Translations under genes and position numbers: made by a program
Assembly: GCA_028277845.1 (NCBI GenBank)
Contig: JANQFL010000040.1
Span: forward strand, 1-64,000
Direction of reading: 5' to 3'
DNA from: Sneathiellales bacterium
Lineage (GTDB): Bacteria > Pseudomonadota > Alphaproteobacteria > JANQFL01
DNA: 64,000 nt
The notes under the pieces: generated by a model
Databases searched by the model: none
Told to the model about the DNA's origin: nothing
The model's input: only the letters and a program-made list of their open reading frames with translations
Part shown: positions 28,134 to 39,997 of the stretch, piece by piece
Layout of the letters: each line of letters begins with the position of its first letter
Numbering within the stretch: position 1 is the stretch's first letter

Positions 28134-28342
28134 CTAGATCCTCCCAAGGTTATGAACCGGATTGTTTGTTGGCCGAGATGTGTCCTCCACGAACTTACGC
28201 ACCTAACTTCACCGCGAGCGCATGCTCGTATTCGGATGAATCAGGGCCGATCGATGATTCTGTCGTCCACTCAGTATGTGAATGATATAGTAGACTAATT
28301 CGTTAGGAAACTGCCGATAGAGTAGTCGATGGGGAGGTAACC

Positions 28343-29794
28343 GTGAGCGTACTGATTAAGAACGGTCGCATTGTTACGGCAACCGACGATTATCATGCGG
28401 ACATTTTCGCCAGCGGAGAACGCGTCGATCTCATTGGCACAAACCTGGAAATTGATGCCGATCTGGTTGTCGACGCCGGCGGCAAGCTGGTCATCCCCGG
28501 CGGCATCGACCCGCACACGCACCTAGAACTTCCGTTCGGCGGTACAACCACATCCGATACGTTCGAAACCGGCACCCGCGCCGCGGCGTTCGGCGGTACA
28601 ACCAGCATCATTGATTTCGCGGTGCAGTTCAAAGGCGAGTCGACCCTGGAAGCGCTCGAGACATGGCACGAGAAGGCGGCCGGCAAAACGGCGATCGACT
28701 ACAGCTTTCACATGATCATCACCGACATGCCGGAAAGCCGCACACATGAAATGCGCCGGCTCTCGGAGGAAGGGGTCTCCAGCTACAAGCTGTTCATGGC
28801 CTATCCCGGTGCCATGCTGTCCGACGACGGCACCATATTCCGCGCCATGCGACAGGCCGGTGAGGACGGCACCCTGGTCTGCATGCACGCCGAGAACGGC
28901 ATCGTCATCGACGAACTGATCAAGATCGCCCTGGAGCAAGGGCACATCGAACCGAAATATCATGCCCTGACCCGGCCGACGCGATTGGAGGCGGAAGGCG
29001 TGCATCGGGCGCTGGCGATCGCCGAGGTCGCGCGCTCGCCCGTCTACATCGTGCACCTCAGCGCATACGATGCTTTGCAGGAACTGCGTATGGCGCAGGC
29101 CCGCGGCGTCATGGCTCATGCCGAAACCTGTCCGCAGTATCTGCTGCTCGACGTGTCCGCCTACGACGAGCCGGGTTTCGACGGCGCCAAATATGTGCTG
29201 ACGCCGCCGTTGCGCGAGAAATGGAACCAGGAGGAACTGTGGCGCGGTCTGCGGGGCAATGCCCTGAACGCCATCTCGACCGACCACTGTCCGTTCTGCC
29301 TCAAGGAACAGAAGGAACTGGGCAAATACGATTTCAGCAAGATCCCCAACGGCGGGCCGGGTATCGAGAACCGCATGAGCCTGATCTATCACTACGGCGT
29401 CAACGGCGGCTACATCGATCTCAACCGTTTCGTCGAACTGACGTCGACCGGACCGGCCAAGATTTTCGGCATGTTCCCGAAGAAGGGCACCATCGCCGTC
29501 GGGTCCGATGCCGATATCGTCATATTCGATCCGGAGCGGGAAGAGACGATCAGCTACTACAACGCCCACACCCACCACATGAATATCGACTACAACGCCT
29601 ATGAAGGCATGCCTGTCAAAGGCTTCACCGAAACCGTGTTCAGCCGTGGCCGCATGATCATCGACCGGGGCGAATATCTCGGCCGGCCGGGCGACGGGGA
29701 GTTCATCAAACGCGGGCCCTACGGCGGCATGTACACGCCGTCGCGCTCAGGCGAGATACCGTCGCAGGCACCGTCCACGCGCCGGGGCGGATAG
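28343..29794 (+). CDS. Dihydropyrimidinase / D-hydantoinase (cyclic amidohydrolase)
   Basis: GTG start after GGGGAGG. GGIDPHTHLELPF metal-binding motif. The expected carbamylatable Lys is not located in this read. 483 aa. Confidence 0.8.
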   Translation: MSVLIKNGRIVTATDDYHADIFASGERVDLIGTNLEIDADLVVDAGGKLVIPGGIDPHTHLELPFGGTTTSDTFETGTRAAAFGGTTSIIDFAVQFKGESTLEALETWHEKAAGKTAIDYSFHMIITDMPESRTHEMRRLSEEGVSSYKLFMAYPGAMLSDDGTIFRAMRQAGEDGTLVCMHAENGIVIDELIKIALEQGHIEPKYHALTRPTRLEAEGVHRALAIAEVARSPVYIVHLSAYDALQELRMAQARGVMAHAETCPQYLLLDVSAYDEPGFDGAKYVLTPPLREKWNQEELWRGLRGNALNAISTDHCPFCLKEQKELGKYDFSKIPNGGPGIENRMSLIYHYGVNGGYIDLNRFVELTSTGPAKIFGMFPKKGTIAVGSDADIVIFDPEREETISYYNAHTHHMNIDYNAYEGMPVKGFTETVFSRGRMIIDRGEYLGRPGDGEFIKRGPYGGMYTPSRSGEIPSQAPSTRRGG

Positions 29795-29806
29795 GGCGGA
29801 AAGACC

Positions 29807-30289
29807 TTATGTTGAAGCGGGCGCGGCCGCCTTGCCGCTGCGGATGATCTTCAGCAGCCAGAAGATAATGCAGAACAGGCCGGTCAGAATGACCAGGGCG
29901 ATGACGGCGGCCAATAGTTTGCCGAAGTCGGCGCCCAGGGTGTAACCGGGCTCGAGCAAATAGGCGCACAGCATCTGTACGGCCTGCAGCGTGGCGCTGG
30001 CGCTCAGCAAAATGGCGGTGAACGTCGAGCCGCGCAGCGAACTCAACACCATGGCCTCGACATTGTGCTGTTCCAGAATGTGCAGCCGGTAGGCGCGCCA
30101 GTGAAACACGCAGAAACCGACGATGCCGATGATCAGCCCGGCCCAGAAAATGGCGTTGTCGTAGCCCAGGCCGTAGACGACGAGGTTGAACAGGTCCTCG
30201 AACGGCTTGTAAAAATACAGGAAAATCAGAACGATAATGAAAACGATAAACCCGACGAGGGTCCAAAACCACTGCCACCCGGTCATCTT
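29807..30289 (-). CDS. Small integral membrane protein, paralog of 15711..16241
   Basis: Shares the LIFLYFYKPFE / IFW / HW / ATLQAVQML / DFGKLLA motif blocks. Start taken at ATG 30289 (MTGWQWFW). The track ORF extends to a TTG at 30352. Confidence 0.5.
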   Translation of the reverse strand, partial: KMTGWQWFWTLVGFIVFIIVLIFLYFYKPFEDLFNLVVYGLGYDNAIFWAGLIIGIVGFCVFHWRAYRLHILEQHNVEAMVLSSLRGSTFTAILLSASATLQAVQMLCAYLLEPGYTLGADFGKLLAAVIALVILTGLFCIIFWLLKIIRSGKAAAPAST

Positions 30290-30374
30290 CTCTGCGTCCC
30301 TCGTCGTTGTTGCAAGCCGGTTCCCTGTTCCGGCACGGAGACTTCGAGACAAAGTCTATCCTAGCCGCCAGCCG

Positions 30375-31811
30375 TCAGGCAACCGGCGGCGTTTTCGGTA
30401 AGTCCCCGGGCGTTTGCGTGTGCCATGAGGTTGCGGTTTCGTAGGCCGCCGCCGCTGCCAGCAGTTCCGGCTCCTCGAACCAGCGGCCGATCAACTGCAG
30501 TCCGACGGGCAGGCCTTCGCCGGTCAGTCCGCACGGCACACTGATGGCCGGCTGTCCGGTGAACGATGCCAACCGGCATGGCCGGCCCAGAACGGCGGCG
30601 GCATCGATGTCTTCTCCGTTCTGACGGTAACAGCCGGTGTCGATCAACGGCGCCGGTCCGGACGCCGTCGGTACGGCCAGGACATCGACCGACGTCATGA
30701 CGTCGGCCATGGCCTGCTTGATATCCGCCTGACGGCATTGCGCCAGTTGGTAATCGGCGGCGGCAATGTCCTTGCCCTGCAACAGCCGTGCCTCGACTTC
30801 GGGTCCCATGACGCCCGGATGCTCGGCCACCCGGTCGGCATGCACGGCATAGGCTTCGGATAGGGCCATCACCGTCCAGCTTTCCAGCGCGTCGTCGGCG
30901 AACGGGAGGGCGATGGGGCGCACCTCCGCGCCCAGCCCGGCGAGTTCATCGATGGCGGTGCGGATGGCGGCTTCGATATCGGGGTGCGGGCCGTCGAAAA
31001 AGAAATTGTCCGGCACGCCGATGATGCGGCCGCGCAGGCCGTCGCCGATGTGCTCGCTATAGTCTCGCACGCGGACGCCGTGCGTGGTCGGATCCGCGCC
31101 GTCTTCTCCGGCGATCGCCTGCAGCACCAGTGCCGCGTCCCGCACGGTCCGGGCCAGCGGGCCGCCGTGATCGAAACTGTCGCACAACGGGAAGATTCCC
31201 CGGCGGCTGACCAGGCCGTAGCTCTGCTTCAATCCGACCACGCCGCACAGCGCCGCCGGAATGCGGATCGAGCCGCCGGTGTCCGTGCCCAGTGCCGCCG
31301 GCACCAGCGACGCCGCGACGGCGCACCCGGACCCGGCGCTGGAGCCGCCGCAGCCGCGTTCCCGGTCCCACGGATTGCGGGCCGAGCCGAAATGCGGATT
31401 GATGCCCGTCGGGCCGTAGGCGAATTCGTTGAGGTTGAGCAATCCGACGACGATGGCGCCGGCGTCCTTCAATTTGCCGACGGTCGCGGCGTCCTGCGGG
31501 TCGGCCTCCTCGGTGAACAGTTTCGAACCGCAGGTGCGGCGCATGCCGGCGACGGCATAGAGGTCCTTCACCGCCACCGGCACGCCGTGCAACGGGCTCC
31601 GCCGGCGCCCGGCCCGGATCTCCGTCTCCGCCACACGGGCGGCGGCCAGGGCCTGGTCGGGATAGACCGAGAGGAAGGCGTTGAGGACCGGGTTCAGCGC
31701 CTCGATGCGGTCGAGCGTCGCCCGCATCACCTCGACCGGCGAGACCGCGTCGGTGTCCAGAAGGTCACTCAGTTCGGCAATGGTCAGGCGGGCGAGATCC
31801 GTCCCGCTCAC
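30375..31811 (-). CDS. Amidase-signature (AS) family amidase
   Basis: GGSSAGSGCAVAASLVPAALGTDTGGSIRIPAA signature. GTG start at 31811 overlaps the TGA of the upstream membrane-protein gene (GTGA). The 798-aa track ORF is a 5' read-through. Confidence 0.8.
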   Translation of the reverse strand: MSGTDLARLTIAELSDLLDTDAVSPVEVMRATLDRIEALNPVLNAFLSVYPDQALAAARVAETEIRAGRRRSPLHGVPVAVKDLYAVAGMRRTCGSKLFTEEADPQDAATVGKLKDAGAIVVGLLNLNEFAYGPTGINPHFGSARNPWDRERGCGGSSAGSGCAVAASLVPAALGTDTGGSIRIPAALCGVVGLKQSYGLVSRRGIFPLCDSFDHGGPLARTVRDAALVLQAIAGEDGADPTTHGVRVRDYSEHIGDGLRGRIIGVPDNFFFDGPHPDIEAAIRTAIDELAGLGAEVRPIALPFADDALESWTVMALSEAYAVHADRVAEHPGVMGPEVEARLLQGKDIAAADYQLAQCRQADIKQAMADVMTSVDVLAVPTASGPAPLIDTGCYRQNGEDIDAAAVLGRPCRLASFTGQPAISVPCGLTGEGLPVGLQLIGRWFEEPELLAAAAAYETATSWHTQTPGDLPKTPPVA

Positions 31812-32923
31812 GCCGCCGCCTCGGGGATCGCCGCGATCAGCAGGATGCCGTAGATGATGAGGAACAGGACATCCTTGGCCAGGGGGATGCCCTGGCTTTG
31901 CGATTCGCGGGTGATGATCAGGCTGATGACTTCGAGCACGAAAAAGACGACGGCGAGGCCGAAGAAGGGCCAGATGGTGCTCCACCAGGAAATAGCGGCC
32001 GGTACCTCGACGCCCTGCACCGTGCGCCAGATCAGCAGCAGGATGGGCAGGGCGATCAGGTAGGCGTAGGCGATCAGGAAGCGCAGCCGCGTCAGCTTGC
32101 GGTCGATAATCCAGAACAGCAACAGAAACGCGGTGACGTGGATGAAATCCCAGAACAGGGCCGCATAGGTGTCGCCGCCGCCCGACTGCAGCAGGTTGAG
32201 GTAGCCGATGACGTAGAGAAACACCAGCGCGTCGCAGAACAGCCACTCGCGCAGGCTCTCGCCCGGCGTTTTCACGTTCCAGGTGCGTGAGGCCTTGTCG
32301 AACAGCATGACCAGGGCGACGATCAGGCCCGCCGGGTAGATCAGGTTGCTGATCAGCACGTATTGCTGGGCGTTGGGCACGTACGACCAGTTGAGGATGA
32401 GAAAGGCCAGTCCGAGGCCGAGCAGGCCGATCAGCCGCACCGCCGACGGCGATTCGTAGCGCGCCACCGGGGCGGTTTCCGTCGGTTCCGCGGTTTCGGC
32501 CGGCGCCTCCTCGGCGATGGCGGCGGTCGTTGCGGCCGCCGCGGCGGCCAGGTCCCGGTTCAGCCGCGCCTGGCGCCAGAAGACGGTCAGCAGGAACACC
32601 AGCAGCCCGGCGGCGGCGATCAGGCCCATGACGATGATGAAGGTCAGCGAGCGGCCGTCGGTCTGCCATTCGGCCGGGGCGAGGCCGGGCAGCGTGCCCG
32701 GCGGGAACTGCCAGAACAGCAGCACGACGGCGATGACGATCACCGCGCCGGCCAGCAGGAACGCGTACCACTGGGGCGCGTATCCGTCCGCCGCCTGGCC
32801 GTCCGTCCCGGCCGCTTGCGGCCGCCGGGCGTAGCGCGAGATGAGGAAAATCAGGAACGACAGCACGCCGATCACGGCGATGGCGATCATGACTTCGAGA
32901 AAGGCGACGGATCGATTGTCCAA
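31808..32923 (-). CDS. Polytopic integral membrane protein of unknown function (371 aa), translationally coupled to the amidase
   Basis: About 9-10 hydrophobic segments. N-terminal LSFLIFLISRYARRP resembles the LIFLYFY segment of the small membrane paralogs. Ala/Thr/Glu-rich loop in the middle. Confidence 0.55.
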   Translation of the reverse strand: MDNRSVAFLEVMIAIAVIGVLSFLIFLISRYARRPQAAGTDGQAADGYAPQWYAFLLAGAVIVIAVVLLFWQFPPGTLPGLAPAEWQTDGRSLTFIIVMGLIAAAGLLVFLLTVFWRQARLNRDLAAAAAATTAAIAEEAPAETAEPTETAPVARYESPSAVRLIGLLGLGLAFLILNWSYVPNAQQYVLISNLIYPAGLIVALVMLFDKASRTWNVKTPGESLREWLFCDALVFLYVIGYLNLLQSGGGDTYAALFWDFIHVTAFLLLFWIIDRKLTRLRFLIAYAYLIALPILLLIWRTVQGVEVPAAISWWSTIWPFFGLAVVFFVLEVISLIITRESQSQGIPLAKDVLFLIIYGILLIAAIPEAAA

Positions 32924-33133
32924 AACGGTGCCTCGGTTCTTGCGGCGGCCTTTATTCCCTGCCCGGCAAGGCTAACATCGGTCAATCGGGCTGTCGATTC
33001 GCCGCGATGGGATGGAAGCATACATAACTGACACATTAGACGTTGACCGTGGGCGCCGATATCGGTGACCATTTGGCAACACAGGCGCCGAACCGGGACC
33101 ATCGAAACGGCGCCGGACAGGGGAGGAGGCACC

Positions 33134-33790
33134 GTGAGTGATCCGTCGGCTTCTGTTTACCAGGAACGCACCTATGGCGCGCACCAGATCGGCTACGGCC
33201 AGCGGCCCGGCATCATCGTCGTCGATTTCCAGAACGGTTTCACCGACCCGCAGTACCCGCTGGGCGGCGCGCCGCTGATCCGGCGCGCGGTCGACAACAC
33301 GGCCCGGCTGCTCGAAGTCGGCCGCCGCTGCAACGTGCCCGTCGCGACCTGCTACACCGCCTACAACTCGAAGAAGGACATGCCCTACTGGAAGGTGGCG
33401 GCGGTGATGGAAGACCTGGTCGAAGGCCATCCGTCGACCGAACTGGATCCCCGGCTCTACGATCCCGATTACGATGTCGCCATGCGCAAGAGCGGCGCGT
33501 CGATCTTCTTCCAGACCCCGGCGACGGCCTATCTCAACAAGGAAAACGTCGACACCGTCATCGTCACCGGCTGCGTCACCTCGGGCTGCGTCCGCGCCTC
33601 CATCGTCGACAGTTTCCAATGGGGCTTCCGCACCATCGTGCCCGAGGACTGCGTCGGCGACCAGGACGACCGGCCGCACCAGGACAATCTGCGCGACGTC
33701 AACCGCCGCTATGCCGACGTCACGGATTCGGCGGAAGTGATCGCGTGGATCGAATCCCTGCGCGGCCGCAATGCGCCGGAAGACGGCTAG
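33134..33790 (+). CDS. Isochorismatase-family cysteine hydrolase, second copy (N-carbamoylsarcosine amidase-like)
   Basis: GIIVVDFQNGF...VIVTGCVTSGCVRASIVD. GTG 33134 after GGGAGGAGG. Ends 6 nt before hyuA-2. Confidence 0.75.
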   Translation: MSDPSASVYQERTYGAHQIGYGQRPGIIVVDFQNGFTDPQYPLGGAPLIRRAVDNTARLLEVGRRCNVPVATCYTAYNSKKDMPYWKVAAVMEDLVEGHPSTELDPRLYDPDYDVAMRKSGASIFFQTPATAYLNKENVDTVIVTGCVTSGCVRASIVDSFQWGFRTIVPEDCVGDQDDRPHQDNLRDVNRRYADVTDSAEVIAWIESLRGRNAPEDG

Positions 33791-33796
33791 GCCGCC

Positions 33797-36250
<2,454 letters not shown>

Positions 36251-36265
36251 GGAAAGGCTGACACT

Positions 36266-38179
36266 ATGCCTGCCAACGTCGTGCAAACCAACAACCGGCC
36301 CTTCAGCAAGGTCGATATCGATCCCATCACCCTCGACATCATCGAGAACGCCCTGCGCAATGCCCGCAGCGAAATGGATGCGGTGCTGTTCCGCACCGCC
36401 ATGTCGCCCGGCATTCGCGAACAGCACGATGCCTTCCCCATGATCGCCAACCCCGAAGGCAAGATGGTGGTCGGCCAGTTCGGCTCGTTTTTCTGGGGCT
36501 TCCAGCAGGGTTATGACGGCGACATCGAGGAAGGCGACGTCTTCCTGACCAACGACCCCTATGTCTGCAACGGCGCCATCAGCCATCTCAACGACTGGCT
36601 GACCATGATGCCGATCTACATCGACGGCCGCCTGGTCGCCTGGGCCGCCATGTTCGGCCACATGACGGATATCGGCGGCAAGGTGCCGGGCAGCCTGCCG
36701 ACCGACGCCGCCCAGGTGTTCGAGGAAGGGGTGCAGATCCCGCCGGTCAAGATCATCCGCAAGGGCAAGCTGAACGAGGAAATCCTCGAGCTGATCCTGC
36801 GCAATTGCCGGCTGCCGGAATGGAACCGCTCCGACTTCAACGCCATCGTCGCCGCCCTGCGCCTGGCCGAACGCCGGGTGCTGGAAATGGCCGACCGCTT
36901 CGGCGTCGACACGCTGGTCAGCGCCATGCAGGACATGCTCGACCGCAACAAGCGGGCCATGGGTGAGATCCTCAAGATGGTGGTGCCGGAAACCAAGCAG
37001 TATTTCGAGGACTATATCGACGACGACGGCATGGGCATGGGCCCCTACAAGATCGCCTGTACCCTGTGGCGCGAGGGCGACGGCGTCATCTTCGATTTCG
37101 AAGGCACCGATCCGCAATCGATCAGTTCGGTGAATTTCCTGCTCAACGAGGAAATGTTCAAGATGTTCCTCGGCGCCTTCTTCATCAACCTGTTCGATCC
37201 GCAGATCCTGTTCAACGACGGCTTCTATGACCTGGTGGAGGTGCGCATTCCGCGCGGCACCATACTCAAACCGATCCGTCCGGCGGCGTTGAGCAGCCGC
37301 ACCCATCTGCTCGCCCGCATTTTCGACATCATGAGCGGCCTCTTGGGCCAGGGTTCGCCCGAGGCGCTGTGCGCCGCCGGCTTTTCCGACAGTCCCCACT
37401 TCATGTATTCGGGCTACGACAAGAACGGCGAGTGGTATCAGCTCTACCAGATCGGCTTCGGCGGCATCCCCGGCCGGCCCGCCGGCGACGGCCCCGACGG
37501 CCATTCCCTGTGGCCCGCCTTCACCAACGTACCCAACGAATTCCTCGAGGCCTATTTCCCGCTGCGCATCGTCAAGTATGAGACCATCGCCGATTCCGGC
37601 GGGCCCGGCCTGCACCGCGGCGGCAACGGCCTGTCCATGGGCTATCAGTTCCTCGAGCCGGGTGAAATTTCCATCCACGACGACCGCTGGCTGACCCACC
37701 CCTGGGGCGTCAACGGCGGCCTGCCCGGCGCGCGCAGCCACAAGCTCATGGTCCGGGCCGACGGCAGCGAGGAATGGATGCAGTCCAAGTGCGACCGGAT
37801 CAAGGTCGCTGCCGGCGATACGCTCTATTTCAACACCTGGGGGGGTGGCGGCTGGGGCGATCCGCTCGAGCGTGACGCGGCCAAGGTGGCGCTCGATGCC
37901 GAACGGGGCATCGTCACCGTTGAAGGCGCCAAGCGCTACGGCGTGGTGCTGGGATCCGATTTCTCGGTGGACCGGCGGGCAACGGAAGACCTGCGGCGCA
38001 GGATCGCGTCGGAACGCGGCACGACCGAGTTGTTCAACCGCGGCGGCACCGTTGAGGAATTGAAGGCGCGCTGCAAGGCCGACACCCATCTCGATCCCCC
38101 GACCACGCCGGTGTTCCAGAAATGGATGGGCCGGCGCGAGGACGGCGGGCGCGGCGAGTTGGCCGACGCCGCGGAATAG
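36266..38179 (+). CDS. hyuB: Hydantoinase/oxoprolinase family B subunit (HyuB-like)
   Basis: IDPITLDIIENALRNARSEMDAVLFRTAMSP start, full hydantoinase_B length (637 aa). RBS GAGGAAAGG. Confidence 0.85.
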   Translation: MPANVVQTNNRPFSKVDIDPITLDIIENALRNARSEMDAVLFRTAMSPGIREQHDAFPMIANPEGKMVVGQFGSFFWGFQQGYDGDIEEGDVFLTNDPYVCNGAISHLNDWLTMMPIYIDGRLVAWAAMFGHMTDIGGKVPGSLPTDAAQVFEEGVQIPPVKIIRKGKLNEEILELILRNCRLPEWNRSDFNAIVAALRLAERRVLEMADRFGVDTLVSAMQDMLDRNKRAMGEILKMVVPETKQYFEDYIDDDGMGMGPYKIACTLWREGDGVIFDFEGTDPQSISSVNFLLNEEMFKMFLGAFFINLFDPQILFNDGFYDLVEVRIPRGTILKPIRPAALSSRTHLLARIFDIMSGLLGQGSPEALCAAGFSDSPHFMYSGYDKNGEWYQLYQIGFGGIPGRPAGDGPDGHSLWPAFTNVPNEFLEAYFPLRIVKYETIADSGGPGLHRGGNGLSMGYQFLEPGEISIHDDRWLTHPWGVNGGLPGARSHKLMVRADGSEEWMQSKCDRIKVAAGDTLYFNTWGGGGWGDPLERDAAKVALDAERGIVTVEGAKRYGVVLGSDFSVDRRATEDLRRRIASERGTTELFNRGGTVEELKARCKADTHLDPPTTPVFQKWMGRREDGGRGELADAAE

Positions 38180-38187
38180 GAGAAAGT

Positions 38188-38967
38188 ATGCGCAGTTTCG
38201 GCGACGCCCATGTCGAGATGCTGGATCATGTGGCCGTCGTCGAAATCCGGCGGCCGCCGCACAATTATTTCGATCCGGCGCTGATCGGCGGGCTGGTCGA
38301 CGCGTTCCGGGCATTGCAGGATGACGTGTCCTGCCGGGCCATCGTTCTGGCGGCACAGGGCAAATCGTTTTGTGCCGGAGCCGATTTCAGCGGCAGCCTC
38401 GACCTGTTTGACGAAAACTCCGCGTACACCGGCAAGGATCTCTATCACCACGCGGCCCAATTGTTCGGCTGTTCAAAGCCGGTGGTCGGCGCGGTCCAGG
38501 GCAACGCCATCGGCGGCGGATTGGGCCTGGCCCTGGTGCCGGACTTTCGCGTCGTCAGCCCGGAGACGCGGTTCTCCGCCAACTTCGTCAAACTGGGCAT
38601 CCATCCCGGCTTCGGCCTGACCCACACACTGCCGCGTTTGATCGGCGGGCAAAAGGCCGCTCTGATGTTTCAAACCGGCCGGCGGATCGGAGGCGAACAG
38701 GCGGTGGCGTGGGGTCTCGCCGACATCCTGACCGGCGGGGACCGGCTAAGGGAGACGGCGCTGGAATTGGCCAACGAGATTGCGGAAAACGCGCCGTTGG
38801 CGGTTCAGTCCACCCGCGAAACGCTCAGGATCGGCCTGGTCGAAGCGGTAAAGAAACAAACCGAACGCGAATTCAGCGAACAGAGCCGGCTGGTCAAAAC
38901 CGAGGACCACCAGGAAGGCGTCCGGGCGGTCGCCGAGCGCCGGCCGGGGAATTTCGCCGCCCGTTGA
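38188..38967 (+). CDS. Enoyl-CoA hydratase/isomerase (crotonase) family protein
   Basis: FCAGADFSG oxyanion-hole motif. Start ATG 38188 after AGGAGAAAG. 259 aa. Confidence 0.8.
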   Translation: MRSFGDAHVEMLDHVAVVEIRRPPHNYFDPALIGGLVDAFRALQDDVSCRAIVLAAQGKSFCAGADFSGSLDLFDENSAYTGKDLYHHAAQLFGCSKPVVGAVQGNAIGGGLGLALVPDFRVVSPETRFSANFVKLGIHPGFGLTHTLPRLIGGQKAALMFQTGRRIGGEQAVAWGLADILTGGDRLRETALELANEIAENAPLAVQSTRETLRIGLVEAVKKQTEREFSEQSRLVKTEDHQEGVRAVAERRPGNFAAR

Positions 38968-38984
38968 TCCCGCCGAACGGCCGC

Positions 38985-39722
38985 TCAGGCCTTGGCGGCC
39001 ATGATCGCCTTGAGGTCGATGTCGAAGCGGTCGATCAAAATGCCGCAGATCTCGTCGTAGACCGCACCGACGCGGATGGTCTCGTAGCTCACCAAATCGA
39101 CGATGGAACTGCCGAGGCCCTTGTCGTTGTTGTAGGGCACCAGGCCGTAGTCGATGGTGATGTCGGCAACATCCCGCACCTGGTCTTCGATGTCCTCGAA
39201 GACGAACTTGCTGCCGGTGAGTGAGCGATTGGCGGAGGATCCGGCGACGGCGAAGCTGTTCTCCCGGGCCAGGCGGGCGATCTCGTCGTGCAGCGGACCG
39301 GCGTTCAGCAGCATGTCCATGGTGCCGGCCTTGGTGGCGTTTTTCAACGCGAAGGGCGGCAGGCTGGCGACGACCGGATGGTCGGCCTTGAACGGGGCGA
39401 CGATGGAGAACGGCAGGTCGTGCTCGATGATGATGGTGCGCACCACCTCACGGGCCCGGTCGTCCACCTCGATGGCCTCGTTGAAAAGCTGCCAGTCGCA
39501 GAAATTGCCGCACGGTTTTTCGAAGCTGCGTTCCTTGGCCTCGTAGATGCGGGCGATGGCTTCGTCGCTATGGCCGACGATGGCGTAGCCGACACTGACC
39601 GGGAAGATGGCGACGCCGCCGTCCCGCACGGTGTCGAACACGCGTTGGGCGTCTTCCTTGATGGCTTGACCCTCGAACATCGAATGGAACTCCCGATGGG
39701 TGGTTGTAGACCGCTCTGCCAT
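38985..39722 (-). CDS. YrdC/Sua5 (TsaC)-like domain protein (threonylcarbamoyl-AMP synthase fold), standalone
   Basis: VAIFPVSVGYAIVG / AKERSFEKP / SSANRSLTGS correspond to the YrdC motifs (YPTEAVFGVG / KQRPVDKG / SANLSG). 245 aa. Confidence 0.5.
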   Translation of the reverse strand: MAERSTTTHREFHSMFEGQAIKEDAQRVFDTVRDGGVAIFPVSVGYAIVGHSDEAIARIYEAKERSFEKPCGNFCDWQLFNEAIEVDDRAREVVRTIIIEHDLPFSIVAPFKADHPVVASLPPFALKNATKAGTMDMLLNAGPLHDEIARLARENSFAVAGSSANRSLTGSKFVFEDIEDQVRDVADITIDYGLVPYNNDKGLGSSIVDLVSYETIRVGAVYDEICGILIDRFDIDLKAIMAAKA

Positions 39723-39902
39723 CGAGGGTATCGAAATCTTGGTATCGGGTCAGTTTGAAAATCGGCGGGGTCGGCAGATCCTGGCGACGTACGCGGCAGA
39801 TGCCGGATTTCGCCATGACGGGACACAAAAGACGAACCCGGTCCGTTAGACCGGGTGGGTTCTCGGAATTGGTATGAATAAATTTTTCTGAATATCTTGT
39901 TG

Positions 39903-39920
39903 AAAGAATATTTATTCTTT
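39903..39920. promoter_or_regulatory. Perfect 8-2-8 palindrome AAAGAATA-tt-TATTCTTT in an AT-rich divergent promoter region (candidate operator)
   Basis: Read directly from the sequence. Lies between the divergent YrdC-like and RpiR genes in a roughly 120-bp AT-rich island. Confidence 0.4.
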
Positions 39921-39997
39921 TCAATTCTGAAAACATATGTTCATATCACTCGTGCTGGAAAAACACCGTCGCCACATACAGGTTTTTTGAGGTCCCG

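Noticed and set aside
30375-32771. 798-aa ORF suggesting a much longer amidase
   Set aside because: The N-terminal 320 residues are Arg/Pro/Gly-rich nonsense, read from the frame that overlaps the upstream membrane-protein gene. The amidase homology begins at the GTG at 31811, which overlaps that gene's stop.
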